Below, piece after piece: positions 1-9,928 of a stretch of DNA of 64,000 nucleotides. Both the position numbers and the translations under genes were made by a program. Source of the DNA: Spirochaetia bacterium (GTDB taxonomy: Bacteria; Spirochaetota; Spirochaetia; CAKZLE01); the NCBI GenBank assembly GCA_963677595.1, contig OY782041.1, positions 2,560,001 through 2,624,000 on the forward strand. The letters are read 5' to 3'. Every line of letters starts with the position of its first letter. Positions within the stretch are counted from its first letter, which is position 1. Below the pieces are notes generated by a model that did no database searches, was not told the origin of the DNA, and saw nothing but the letters and a program-made list of their open reading frames with translations.

Positions 1-1013
1 ACCATACCCTCCTCGATCTCCCCGGCCTTCATCGGGACGAGCTTCTCGACGAGTTTCGCGAACTGCGTGATCAGGGGGATGAACAGGATGGTGTTGATCA
101 CATTGAACACCGTGTGGAACATCGCCAGGTGCTGCGGGAGGTATTCAGCGCTGCCTGCCCCGGTGACCGGTCCCGGTACCAGGACATCGACCAGCCTGAG
201 GAAGGGGGTGAAGAGGATCATGACCCAGACCGTACCGAGGACATTGAAGAGTATATGGGCCCGCGATGCCCGCTTCGCCGTGGTGGTGGTCCCGATCGAG
301 GCGAGGAATGCCGTGACGGTCGTACCGATGTTCTGCCCGAGCACCAGTGCCGCTGCGGCAGAGTAGCCGATCCAGCCGGAGTAGGCCATGGTCAGGGTTA
401 TCGCCATGGCGGCCGAGGATGACTGGACGATGATGGTGATGAGGATCCCGACGAGTACGAAGAAGAGCATGCTGAACACACCTCTCTGCGAGAAGTGCTG
501 GATGAACTCGAGTACTTGAGGACTCTGGTTGATGTCCGGCACTGAGTCCTTGAGGAATTCAAGGCCGAGGAAGAGCAGGCCGAAACCGACCAATACCTCG
601 CCGAAATCCTTGTGCTTGAGACTCTTGATGAAGAGGAAGGGGAACCCGATCGCAATCGCGGGGATCGCGAGTGTGGACACCTTGATCTTGAACCCGAGGA
701 GTGCCACGATCCATCCGGTGACGGTCGTACCGATGTTCGCCCCGAGGATGACCCCGATGGACTGGGTCAGGTTCATCAGGCCTGCATTCACGAAACTGAC
801 GATCATGACAGTCGTCGCTGAGGATGACTGAATGATCGCGGTAATCGCCAATCCGGTAAACACTGCCGCGAACCGATTCCCCGTCATGAACTTGAGGATC
901 GATCGCATCCTGTCACCGGCAGATTTCTGTATACCCTCACTCATGACCTTCATCCCGTAGAGGAAGAGGCCGAGGCTGCCGATGATCTCTAATAATTGAC
1001 CAATAATATTCAT
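1..1013 (-). CDS. Na+/Pi cotransporter family protein (partial, runs off window start)
   Basis: Manual translation from ATG at 1013: MNIIGQLLEIIGSLGLFLYGMKVMSEGIQK...IIQSSSATT...GANIGTT...VQSSSAA...GQNIGTT; duplicated QSSS/GxNIGT motifs. Confidence 0.9.
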   Translation of the reverse strand, partial: MNIIGQLLEIIGSLGLFLYGMKVMSEGIQKSAGDRMRSILKFMTGNRFAAVFTGLAITAIIQSSSATTVMIVSFVNAGLMNLTQSIGVILGANIGTTVTGWIVALLGFKIKVSTLAIPAIAIGFPFLFIKSLKHKDFGEVLVGFGLLFLGLEFLKDSVPDINQSPQVLEFIQHFSQRGVFSMLFFVLVGILITIIVQSSSAAMAITLTMAYSGWIGYSAAAALVLGQNIGTTVTAFLASIGTTTTAKRASRAHILFNVLGTVWVMILFTPFLRLVDVLVPGPVTGAGSAEYLPQHLAMFHTVFNVINTILFIPLITQFAKLVEKLVPMKAGEIEEGM

Positions 1014-1106
1014 GATGGAATGGTAGCAACTGATGAGGAATATGTAAATACTGTAAGAGTAATGTGAGAAAAGTATGAGTTAATTTAACCGTTTTATAAC
1101 AATTGG

Positions 1107-1934
1107 TCAGGCACGCTTCTTCGAGACGATGGCGCCGCGTATGGTAAGTCCTATGAATGTAATGAGATAGGGGAAGCCTGAGAAGAGGGAAGAGGGAAGG
1201 TCGAAGGCACCCTGCGCAAGGGTTGCCAGCATCTCGGCGAGTGCGAAGAACACAGTGGCATAGATGAGGCCGGAAGCCTTCCTGTTCCCGAGGTAGATCG
1301 CCGCGAGGGCGAGCCATCCCTTCCCCGATGAGATGTTCGGTACGTAGGCATGGACGGTCAGGGTGAGCATGGCCCCGGCCAGCCCGCTGAGCAGCCCGGA
1401 ATAGCCGAAGGTGAGGACCTGGATCCTCACGGGATTGCCTCCCCGGATCTCGAGTGCCCGCTGGTTCAGGCCGGCAGCCCTGACCGAGAGGCCGGCCTTC
1501 GTCCCTTTCAGGAACCGGACTGATACGATGAATACCAGTGCCGAGAGGATGAGGAAGCCCGCTGAGACAGCCTCCGAGGAGACCAGGGCTTGCCGTACCT
1601 GCAGGACGCCGCCGGTCCCGTAGGCCCCCTTCGAGACCATGGTGATGATCCCGGGGATGAGGAGGTTCATGGCCAGGCCGGTGATGAATATATTCCCCCT
1701 CAGCCTGAGGGTCAAGGCCGCATAGAGGCTGCTGACCAGTGCTGCTGCAAGGGCTGCGATGACCAGTGCGGCCGGGATCGAGCCGGTGAGGGAGAGGACG
1801 GTGAAGGAGACGAAAGCCCCGCAGAGGATCAGACCCTCTGCCGCGATGTTCAGGAGTCCCGACTGGTCGGTGAAGAACCCGCCGAGTGCAGTGAGGAAGA
1901 TCGGGAGGCTGTAGATCAGGAGAGAGTTTATCAT
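1107..1934 (-). CDS. BMP/nucleoside-type ABC permease (RfuD-like)
   Basis: MINSLLIYSLP..., SGLLNIAAEG, GKGWLALAA motifs; start overlaps upstream stop. Confidence 0.85.
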   Translation of the reverse strand: MINSLLIYSLPIFLTALGGFFTDQSGLLNIAAEGLILCGAFVSFTVLSLTGSIPAALVIAALAAALVSSLYAALTLRLRGNIFITGLAMNLLIPGIITMVSKGAYGTGGVLQVRQALVSSEAVSAGFLILSALVFIVSVRFLKGTKAGLSVRAAGLNQRALEIRGGNPVRIQVLTFGYSGLLSGLAGAMLTLTVHAYVPNISSGKGWLALAAIYLGNRKASGLIYATVFFALAEMLATLAQGAFDLPSSLFSGFPYLITFIGLTIRGAIVSKKRA

Positions 1935-2938
1935 GCAGTCCTCCTTCGGGGGAAGACGAGCTTGAGCGTGATGAAGAGCAGGATGATCCCCCGGATGACC
2001 TCGCTGATCTCGAAACTCATCGAGCTGCCTGCCATGGCTGCCCGGGTCCCGGTCTCCATCCAGGCAAGGAGGAGGGCTGACGGGATGGTCAGCAGCGGGT
2101 TGTTCCCCGCGATGAGCGCGATGACGATGCCGTTCCACCCGTATCCCGAGGTGAACCCGATGATCGATGCGTGCTGGGTCGAGAGGACCATCAGCGCCCC
2201 GGCAAGGCCGAAACAGGCCCCGTTGACCAGCAGGGGTAGGATTGTGTAGGTCCCCTGTGAGATGCCCCCGAACGCCGCGAACTCCCGGTTCGTCCCGATC
2301 ACCCGCAGTTCATAGCCGCCGGGCATATGGTAAAGCCAGAGCCAGAGCGCTGCAGCCGTGAGACATGCGATGAAGATGGTGGCCGTGAGGTTCGACGGGG
2401 GCAGGATCGATGCCATGTGCATCGAGGTATCGATCTGCCTCGTTGTCTGGAGGAACGAGTCCGTATCCCTGAGCGGGCCGGAGATGAGATAGTCGACCAG
2501 GCTCAGCAGGGCCCCAGAGAGCAGGAACGATGAGATGAGCTCATGGATGTGGAAGCGATGCTTCAGGACCCCTGATACCCCCGCGATCACGGCTCCGGTG
2601 GCCATGCTCACCCCGATGACCAGCAGCATCCCCGGGATACCGGCTCCAGCCGGGAGGCTGAGTGCTGTCAGGGTTCCTGCAAGGGCTGAGGTGTAGATCT
2701 GTCCCTCCCCCCCGAGGTTGAAGAGCCCGGCAGTGAAGGAGATGGAGATGCCGCAGCCGCTGATGATGAGGATGGCGGCGATCGCCAGGGTGTTGCCTGC
2801 CGTGTACAGGTTCGAGAAGGGGCCGGTGAGGAAGGTGATGAATGCCTTCCCCGGTTCCGGGGAGACGATGAGGAGGAGGGTGAAGCTGGTGACGAGGGTC
2901 AGCAGGATCAGTATGAGCGGTCTTGCAGCACGTTTCAC
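1931..2938 (-). CDS. BMP/nucleoside-type ABC permease (RfuC-like)
   Basis: AGLFNLGGEGQ, GYGWNGIVIALI motifs; hydrophobic. Confidence 0.85.
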   Translation of the reverse strand: MKRAARPLILILLTLVTSFTLLLIVSPEPGKAFITFLTGPFSNLYTAGNTLAIAAILIISGCGISISFTAGLFNLGGEGQIYTSALAGTLTALSLPAGAGIPGMLLVIGVSMATGAVIAGVSGVLKHRFHIHELISSFLLSGALLSLVDYLISGPLRDTDSFLQTTRQIDTSMHMASILPPSNLTATIFIACLTAAALWLWLYHMPGGYELRVIGTNREFAAFGGISQGTYTILPLLVNGACFGLAGALMVLSTQHASIIGFTSGYGWNGIVIALIAGNNPLLTIPSALLLAWMETGTRAAMAGSSMSFEISEVIRGIILLFITLKLVFPRRRTA

Positions 2939-4458
2939 AGCATCATCTCCCCGATCTCCCGGGCAGTCATTCCCGGGGTGTTGGCGATGATCCCCTTGAG
3001 CCTCCCCCGCTGGAGCACGGCGATCCTGTCGGCTTCATCGAGGGCGGTCTTCACCTCGGAGGTGAAGAAGAGCACTGCCAGCCCCTCCTGCTTGAGCACC
3101 TCGATGGAATCGAAGAGGCTCTCCCTCGTCTGTATATCGAGTCCCCAGGAGATATCGGCGCAGATGAGCACCTTCGGCTGGTGGTAGAGAGCCCTGGCCG
3201 TGATCAGCTTCTGTATATTCCCTCCCGAGAGGCTGAGCAGGGAGTCTCCTGCCTTCCCCTTGATGGAGAATGCCTTGATCACCGAACGGGAGATCCTCTT
3301 CAGCTTCTTCGGTGAGTAGATCGGGATCCGCGGGTGGATGAAGAGCGAGGCCTCCCGCCTCCAACCGATCATCAGGTTCTCCGTCACACTCATCGATATC
3401 GCCCCGCCCTTGGAGAGTCGGTCCGAGGGGATGTACCCGACAGGCTCACCGGGAGTCCCCGGTTCCCGGCCGAGCAGGCGGACCGTACCCCCGGTCTGCC
3501 TGAACGTATCGGAGGCATGCCCTGAGACGATAGCCTCCAGGGCCCGGAGCCCGTTGTCCCGGATCCCGACGACCGCCAGGGTCTCACCCGGCGATACCGT
3601 CAATGAGATATCTTCCACGAAGTCCCGAGTCCCCGGCCTGCCGCCGGAAACCTGGTCCAGTTCTATCACCGGGGCAGCTTTCTCCCAGTCGATCTTCCGG
3701 CCATGGTGCTCCCGCCTGGTCCCGTCGTCGAGCAGGAGCCTCGAGTCATGGTCCCCCATGATCATGGCTGCCAGCCGTTCACGGGTCATGGAGCTCGTGG
3801 GGAAGGTCCCCTGGTGGGTCCCCGCGCGCAGGACGGAGACGGTGTCGCCGAAGGAGAGGGCGTCCTCTATGTTGTGGGTGATCACGATGATGGTCTTCCC
3901 CTCCTCATGCAGCCGCCCGGCAGCCTCAAGGATCTCGGCAGGGGGTTCGTCGAGGATGAAGATGTCGACATCCCTGCTGATCAGGGTCATGAGGGCGGTG
4001 AGCTGCCTGGATGCGGCATCAAGCCGCTCCACCTGCTCATCGGGGTCACAGGGGATGCCGTAGTGTTCACCGATCTGCCTGATGTGCTCATCGACATCGA
4101 CCTTCCTGATCCGGCTGAACGGCTTGGCCTGCTTCATGCCGAGGATGAGGTGGTCCCGCACGGTGAGTTCTGGGAAGAAGTGGAGTACCTGGTGGATCAT
4201 CCCGATGCCTGCATCGAGTGCAGCCTCGGGATGGCTGAAGGCTACCGGCCTCCCGTCGAGCAGGATCCCTCCCGAATCGGGAGGGATGTCCCCGGAGAGG
4301 ATCTTCATGACAGTAGACTTGCCTGCACCGTTCTCTCCCACGATGATGTGTCGCTCCCCGGCCCGTATGGTCAGGGAGATGTCGTCACAGGCATGGATAT
4401 GGTTCGATGCATAGGTCTTGTGGATATGTCTCAGCTCGATGCTGTCATGAAAACCCAC
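2935..4458 (-). CDS. CUT2-type tandem ABC ATPase (RfuB-like)
   Basis: Walker A GENGAGKST, ILDEP, second-domain LSGGNIQK. Confidence 0.9.
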   Translation of the reverse strand: MGFHDSIELRHIHKTYASNHIHACDDISLTIRAGERHIIVGENGAGKSTVMKILSGDIPPDSGGILLDGRPVAFSHPEAALDAGIGMIHQVLHFFPELTVRDHLILGMKQAKPFSRIRKVDVDEHIRQIGEHYGIPCDPDEQVERLDAASRQLTALMTLISRDVDIFILDEPPAEILEAAGRLHEEGKTIIVITHNIEDALSFGDTVSVLRAGTHQGTFPTSSMTRERLAAMIMGDHDSRLLLDDGTRREHHGRKIDWEKAAPVIELDQVSGGRPGTRDFVEDISLTVSPGETLAVVGIRDNGLRALEAIVSGHASDTFRQTGGTVRLLGREPGTPGEPVGYIPSDRLSKGGAISMSVTENLMIGWRREASLFIHPRIPIYSPKKLKRISRSVIKAFSIKGKAGDSLLSLSGGNIQKLITARALYHQPKVLICADISWGLDIQTRESLFDSIEVLKQEGLAVLFFTSEVKTALDEADRIAVLQRGRLKGIIANTPGMTAREIGEMML

Positions 4459-4472
4459 CTGCTCCTCCTTAC

Positions 4473-5507
4473 CTACAGGCTCTCCAGGTAGGCATGCTGG
4501 GCCTCCCGAACAGACTGCGGGACATGCTCGATGTAGAGCGGGTCATCCTCGATGAAGGAGATGAAGCCCGATTCGACCCCGAGCGTCACGGCGCTGCCGT
4601 AGGGGAGCGTTCCCGCCACTGCCTGCTTCAAGGTCTCGTAGGTAGCGGTATCCTGCCGGATGGAGGTGGAGCCCACCACGGTCCCCGGGGCTTGTGCGTA
4701 GCCGTTGGCGTCGAACCAGAGCACGTAGATCCCGGCCTCCCCGGCTGCGGTGATGACTCCCTGGTTCGCCCCTCCCGAGATGGGGAGGATGACATCGACA
4801 CCGGCTGCGACCATCGCCCGGGCGAGTTCAGCACCTTTGGCAGCATCATACCAGTTGCCGACGACCCGGAAGTCGAGGTCGATGGAGCTGTCCACCATCC
4901 TCGCGCCTTCGAGGAACCCCGGTGCGATCAGGTCGGTCATGTCAGGGTACTCCTGGCCGGCTACCAGCCCGATGGTAAGGTCCCCGTTGGCCCCTTCCAT
5001 GGTGCTCGTGGTGACGAGTCCCGCGATGTAGCCGTTCATCCGTGCCTGCTCGAGCTGGTTGTACCTGAGCGTGTAGATCTGGTCGTTCCCATCCAGGTAC
5101 CCGTCCATGACGATGAACTGCTGGGAGGGGAACTTCGCTGCGACAGCCTCGCAGATAGCCGGCATGGCCGGGTTCGAGGTGATGATCACGTCATGGTCCC
5201 CGGAGGCGGCGAGGGTGGAGATCTTCTCCTCCCATTCCCCCTGGTTGCTCCCTCCCTCGATGACGCTTATCTGCGTCTGCTCGGATTCGGCAGCAGCCTG
5301 TTCGGCACCTGCGACCAGCATCTCATAGATCGGGCTCCCTGAGACGATCCCGGGTACGAATACCGCGATACTGAACTGTTCTGATTGCTCTTCCTGTTTT
5401 GAACAGGAGCTGAAGATGATTCCTGTGAGCAGGAGGCCCACCAGGATGACGGTTCGGAATCGAACAGCTTTCCCGCTGTCCTGATTTCCGGAAAACAATG
5501 TAGACAT
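4473..5507 (-). CDS. BMP-family lipoprotein, probable riboflavin-binding RfuA-like
   Basis: Lipobox IFSSC; BMP-type sequence; GGAGGA RBS at 5513-5518; directly downstream of FMN riboswitch. Confidence 0.8.
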   Translation of the reverse strand: MSTLFSGNQDSGKAVRFRTVILVGLLLTGIIFSSCSKQEEQSEQFSIAVFVPGIVSGSPIYEMLVAGAEQAAAESEQTQISVIEGGSNQGEWEEKISTLAASGDHDVIITSNPAMPAICEAVAAKFPSQQFIVMDGYLDGNDQIYTLRYNQLEQARMNGYIAGLVTTSTMEGANGDLTIGLVAGQEYPDMTDLIAPGFLEGARMVDSSIDLDFRVVGNWYDAAKGAELARAMVAAGVDVILPISGGANQGVITAAGEAGIYVLWFDANGYAQAPGTVVGSTSIRQDTATYETLKQAVAGTLPYGSAVTLGVESGFISFIEDDPLYIEHVPQSVREAQHAYLESL

Positions 5508-5596
5508 ATGTATCCTCCATACATGTGTGTTTTCCGGGAGTTCTGTCATGTCTTGATTACACGTGTGCAGTAAAGCGCATGATGATTCAGGATATG

Positions 5597-5717
5597 ACGT
5601 TCTTCTCCCATCCAGACTTTCACTGTCGGTCACGGAATTGCACCGTGTCACCTATGGAACCCATAGATTGCGGACTGTCACCGCCGGTCGGGACCGAAGT
5701 CCCTCCCTCGAAGTACG
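5597..5717 (-). ncRNA. FMN riboswitch (RFN element), variant L2 loop
   Basis: Minus strand reads CGUACUUCGAGGGAGGGACUUCGGUCCCGACCGGCGGUGACAGUCCGC...GGUGCAAUUCCGUGACCGACAGUGAAAGUCUGGAUGGGAGAAGAACG; contains RFN signatures CCCGACCGGCGGU, AGUCCG, ACCGACAGU..AGUCUGGAUGGGAGAAG. Confidence 0.92.
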
Positions 5718-5947
5718 CTGCTTGATCTCACTCAAGCTATGAACCAAGCATACGAGTACGCGAGTGGGTTGTCAAGTTCCCATCCCCGCATTCTCCCTCC
5801 TTTCTTTCTTGGACACTGTTTCCCCTTGGGCTCTTCAGGCTCACGAAGGGGTCCGGCGATTCCCGCGGGAAGGGGAGTGTGCGGGAATTGCCCCAGTCTT
5901 CTTCGCAGTCATTGACCAAGAAAATTGAGGTGTGTTATTCTCAGCCT

Positions 5948-7183
5948 ATGAGTATTGTCAAACCGAACAAATTAGGGGTCATCGCCGGCCCTGGCGCCGA
6001 GCCGTTCACCGGCAAGGTACTTCGACACCTGCGACAGCTGTATACCAAACGTTACAAGAAGCTAGCCAGTGCCCTGGTGAAACGCCATGATATGACGGAG
6101 GAGGAGATCCTCAAGTTCGTCACCCTCTACGAGGATGTCAACAGTAAGAAGATCCCCCACTACAAGCCCTCCAAGACCTATCATGCCCCCAATTTCGATA
6201 TACCGGTGAAGTTCACGAAGTTCGCGAACGGCGAGGTGAAGGCAGAGATCCTCCAGTCGGTCCGCGGCTTGAGGATCTTCGTCATCTTCGACATGGCGAA
6301 CCAGTACCCGGTCAGGATCAGCGGCTGCGACGAGCCGGTCGTCCTGAACGTCAATGACTACATGATGTTCCTCTTCACCACCATCAATGCCGTCAAGGTA
6401 GCCGGTGCGGAGAGTGTCCACCTCGTGCTCCCCTCATACCCCTATGCCCGTCAGCACAAGAAGTCGGGACGGGAAGGGCTCACGGCCAGCTGGTTCGGCA
6501 GGACCTGCGAGTTCATGGGGGTCGAGCGGATCATCACCCTCGATATTCACTCACGGGAGATCGAGAACTCCTTCGGTGACCTGCGGCTCGAGAACCTCCA
6601 TGCCTCCTACCAGGTGCTGCTGCAGCTCAAGCGGCTCGTCGACTTCGATGACCCGGACCTGGTGGTCGTCTCCCCGGACACGGGAGCCGTCGCCCGGAAC
6701 AAGTTCTATGCCGAGGCACTCCATAAACCGCTGGCGATCCTCTACAAGGAACGGGACTACTCGAAGGTCAGTACCAATGCGAAGAACTCGAACATCAGCT
6801 CCATCAGGCTGCTCGGGGATGTCAAGGACAAGATCGTGCTCATGGCTGACGACATGATCGGGACCGGCGGCACGCTGCTGATCGCCATGCGTGAGCTCAA
6901 GGCCCTTGGGGCGAAGAAGATCATCTGCGCTATCAGCCTGCCGTTCTTCAACGGCAATGCCATCGATACCTTCAACAAGGCATATGAGGACGGGGACTTC
7001 TTCCGGATCATCGGGACGAATGCCGTCTACCATGATGAGCGGCTTGCGAACATGCCGTGGTTCATCTATACCGATGTCTCTGACCTGTTCGCCCGGATCA
7101 TCTCACGACTGCACCACGGCAGGACCCTCAGTCCACTGCTCGACAACAGGATGTTCATCACCCGATTGATCAATGGCGACTAG
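5948..7183 (+). CDS. prs: Ribose-phosphate pyrophosphokinase
   Basis: FANGE, PYARQ, VVSPDTGA, ADDMIGTGGT PRPP-binding motif. Confidence 0.93.
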   Translation: MSIVKPNKLGVIAGPGAEPFTGKVLRHLRQLYTKRYKKLASALVKRHDMTEEEILKFVTLYEDVNSKKIPHYKPSKTYHAPNFDIPVKFTKFANGEVKAEILQSVRGLRIFVIFDMANQYPVRISGCDEPVVLNVNDYMMFLFTTINAVKVAGAESVHLVLPSYPYARQHKKSGREGLTASWFGRTCEFMGVERIITLDIHSREIENSFGDLRLENLHASYQVLLQLKRLVDFDDPDLVVVSPDTGAVARNKFYAEALHKPLAILYKERDYSKVSTNAKNSNISSIRLLGDVKDKIVLMADDMIGTGGTLLIAMRELKALGAKKIICAISLPFFNGNAIDTFNKAYEDGDFFRIIGTNAVYHDERLANMPWFIYTDVSDLFARIISRLHHGRTLSPLLDNRMFITRLINGD

Positions 7184-8552
7184 GACGGTCCTCGCAATAG
7201 ACATCGGAACCTCCTCGGTGAAGATGGCCTTGATCACGGAAAGCGGGGAACTCTCCTCCTATTCCCGTACATCACTGCATCCCTACTACACAGACCATGA
7301 CCCGGCAGACGCCTGGGTGAAGGCGGTCACCGAGGGGGCATCCGCCCTGGTCGGTATCGCATCCGCTGCTGCCGTCTGCGTCACGGGTAACGGACCGACG
7401 CTGGTTCCCCTTGATGCGGACCTGCAGCGAAGTGCCCCTGCCGTCACCTGGATAGGGACGAAGCCGAAGCCCCTGGAGGAGTGCCGGTCCCTCTACCTGC
7501 CCCGCCTCATGGCAGAGGCTGAGCAGGACCCCGGCCTTACGAGCCGGAGCAGCTGCTTCATCGGCTGCCCGGAGTACATCACGCTTCGTCTCACCGGCAT
7601 TGCCTCGACATTCCTCCCCGATGAGCGGTTCACCCCCTATATATGGGATGATGCGCAGCTCGGGAAGCTGGGACTCGACGGGGGACTCTTCCCCCCCATG
7701 GTCGATACCGGGGAGCGGATCGGGCATGTCACCGCAGGAGCTTCTGCGCAGTTCGGGTTACCTGCCGGCATCCCGGTCTTCGCCGGCCTGGTCGATTTCC
7801 ATGCCGCCCTTCTCGGCTGCGGGACGGTGCGACCCGGCATGACCTGCGACCGTGCGGGTACGTCTGAGGGGATTAACTATCTCTCCCCTGACCCGATCGC
7901 CGGGGATGGCCTGCGGACCCTTCCCGGGATCACTCCCGGTACCTGGACCGTCGCCGGCCTGCTGCCCGCCTCGGGAGAGGTCTTCGAGTGGTTCAGGTGG
8001 GAAGCCGGCTTGGAGGAGCTCTCCTATACGGAACTCACCCGCCTGATCACGATGAGTGCCCCCCAGCAGGAGTACCGGTTCTACCCCGTGCGGGATTTTT
8101 CCAAGGACCCGGGAGACCCCTTTGCAGGAGGGGTGTTCTCCGACGGCGGGAACTGCAGTGATGACCCCGGGAAACGGGGACGGGCTGTCGTCGAGGGGAT
8201 CGGTTTCTCCGTGAGGAAGGCCCTGGACCTGCTCGGAGACCAGGGATGCCGGGTAGATTCCCTCCGCCACTGCGGTGGACAGGCACGCTCCTACCACTGG
8301 AACTACATGAAGGCGCAGATCCTCCGGGTCCCGGTCGAGGTCCCCAGGATCATCGATGCAGAGCTGCTCGGCTGTGCCGTCGTCGCCCTGACCGGTCTCG
8401 GGCACTTCGGCAGCCTGGTCGAAGCGGCAGAGAGCCTGGTCGTGGTAGACCGCATCTACAGCCCGCTCAAACGGACTGCGCTTCACTATGATTCGAGTTA
8501 TGAGCTGTGGCTGGCTGGTCAGGCTCCCTCTTCTGCACTGTACTCTTCGTAG
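7173..8552 (+). CDS. FGGY-family carbohydrate kinase (xylulokinase-like)
   Basis: AIDIGTSSVK, GTS, EGIGF, GGQARS motifs. Confidence 0.85.
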   Translation: MATRTVLAIDIGTSSVKMALITESGELSSYSRTSLHPYYTDHDPADAWVKAVTEGASALVGIASAAAVCVTGNGPTLVPLDADLQRSAPAVTWIGTKPKPLEECRSLYLPRLMAEAEQDPGLTSRSSCFIGCPEYITLRLTGIASTFLPDERFTPYIWDDAQLGKLGLDGGLFPPMVDTGERIGHVTAGASAQFGLPAGIPVFAGLVDFHAALLGCGTVRPGMTCDRAGTSEGINYLSPDPIAGDGLRTLPGITPGTWTVAGLLPASGEVFEWFRWEAGLEELSYTELTRLITMSAPQQEYRFYPVRDFSKDPGDPFAGGVFSDGGNCSDDPGKRGRAVVEGIGFSVRKALDLLGDQGCRVDSLRHCGGQARSYHWNYMKAQILRVPVEVPRIIDAELLGCAVVALTGLGHFGSLVEAAESLVVVDRIYSPLKRTALHYDSSYELWLAGQAPSSALYSS

Positions 8553-9508
8553 ATGGCGTTGAACTCATCCTCATGGCTGAGGAAGATCTCCACGAGGGTA
8601 GGGTCGAACTCGGTCCCGCTATGGTCCTTCATGTAGGTCAGCGTCTTCTCGTGGTCCCAGGACTGCTTGTACTCCCTCTTTGAACGGAGGGCGTCATACA
8701 CATCCACGATCGTGACGATCCTCGCCTCGATGGGGATAGCATCCCCGGCAAGCCCGTCAGGATACCCCTTCCCATCCCATCGCTCATGATGCGACTTCGC
8801 GATCCTTGCGGCCGTCTGGAGGGTCGGTACCTCGACGAGGATCTCATAGCCGATGAAGGTATGGGTCCTCATGATCGACCGTTCATGGGAGGTGAAGCTG
8901 TTCTTGCTCAGCAGGATGGTATCGGCGATCCCCACCTTCCCGATGTCGTGGAAGCGACTCGAGAGGGCGATGTCGTCACACTGTTTCTCGGGAAGCCCGA
9001 GCAGCCTGGCGAGGAGTCCCGAGTAGACGCTGATCCGCTTCATGTGCTGGCCGGTCTTGTTGTGCCTGAGCTCCGCAAGGTCCGCGAGGGCCGTGTAGCA
9101 CTGGAGGCGGATCTCCTTCTCCTGGGTCTTGAGGCGGTCCTCCGCATCGATGAGCCGCTGCCCCACGGCGATATGGCTCTTGAGCACACCGGGAGAGACC
9201 GGTTTTGACTGGAAGACATGTGCCCCGCTGTTGATGGCCTTGACGAGGTCCTCCTCGGAGGTCTTCGCGGTAAGGAGGATGATGTAGATCAGCGGGGACG
9301 AATCTTTCAGGGCGGCGCAGATGTCGATCCCGGTGTACCCCTCCATCATCCAGTCCAGGACGGCGATACGCGGCGGGTCCTCGCTGGTGAGGTATCCCAT
9401 GGCCTCGGTCCCGTTCTCACAGGTGATGACCTCGTATCCCCAGTTCTTCAGCTGGGCCTTGAGGATGAATCGTACTGAATGGTCGTCGTCAGCGATGAGT
9501 ATCTTCAT
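8519..9508 (-). CDS. Response regulator with HD-GYP phosphodiesterase domain
   Basis: REC domain (ADDD, LDWMM, KP) plus HDIGK and HHERWDGKGYP. Confidence 0.92.
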   Translation of the reverse strand: MKILIADDDHSVRFILKAQLKNWGYEVITCENGTEAMGYLTSEDPPRIAVLDWMMEGYTGIDICAALKDSSPLIYIILLTAKTSEEDLVKAINSGAHVFQSKPVSPGVLKSHIAVGQRLIDAEDRLKTQEKEIRLQCYTALADLAELRHNKTGQHMKRISVYSGLLARLLGLPEKQCDDIALSSRFHDIGKVGIADTILLSKNSFTSHERSIMRTHTFIGYEILVEVPTLQTAARIAKSHHERWDGKGYPDGLAGDAIPIEARIVTIVDVYDALRSKREYKQSWDHEKTLTYMKDHSGTEFDPTLVEIFLSHEDEFNAIYEEYSAEEGA

Positions 9509-9858
9509 GGTTCCAAGGACTCCCGGTATGCTCTCAGTTCCGTGAAGAACTGCGTGATCTCTCGTGAGAAGATCTTGAAGGCATCCCTGCAGGTCCCGAC
9601 GTCCCCCTGTTTGGCGGCTTCGTTGATGTACCGGGCAGTCTTGCTCGGCTGGTTCCCGCCCACGTTTCCTAAGGACCCCTTGAGTGTATGGGAGGTGTTC
9701 CTTATCTCCTCGATATCGCCTGAATCGATCGCCTGTTCCAGCTTCGTCACGGTCACAGGATAATCGGCCAGGATGATCTCAACGATCTCATCCACCATGG
9801 ACCGGTCCCGCCCGAAGAGCAAGTCGAGGCGCTGGGCATCGAACACCTTCTCAATCAT
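9505..9858 (-). CDS. Stand-alone Hpt phosphotransfer protein
   Basis: SHTLKGSLGNVG motif; 117 aa helical protein. Confidence 0.85.
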   Translation of the reverse strand: MIEKVFDAQRLDLLFGRDRSMVDEIVEIILADYPVTVTKLEQAIDSGDIEEIRNTSHTLKGSLGNVGGNQPSKTARYINEAAKQGDVGTCRDAFKIFSREITQFFTELRAYRESLEP

Positions 9859-9928
9859 CTCTCTGATCCCCTCATTACGCTATCATACCATATACCGGAA
9901 TGAACGTACAACCTGAAACTCTGTCTCC

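Noticed and set aside
5508-5651. N-terminal extension of the BMP ORF to 5651
   Set aside because: It runs into the riboswitch; the RBS supports the ATG at 5507.
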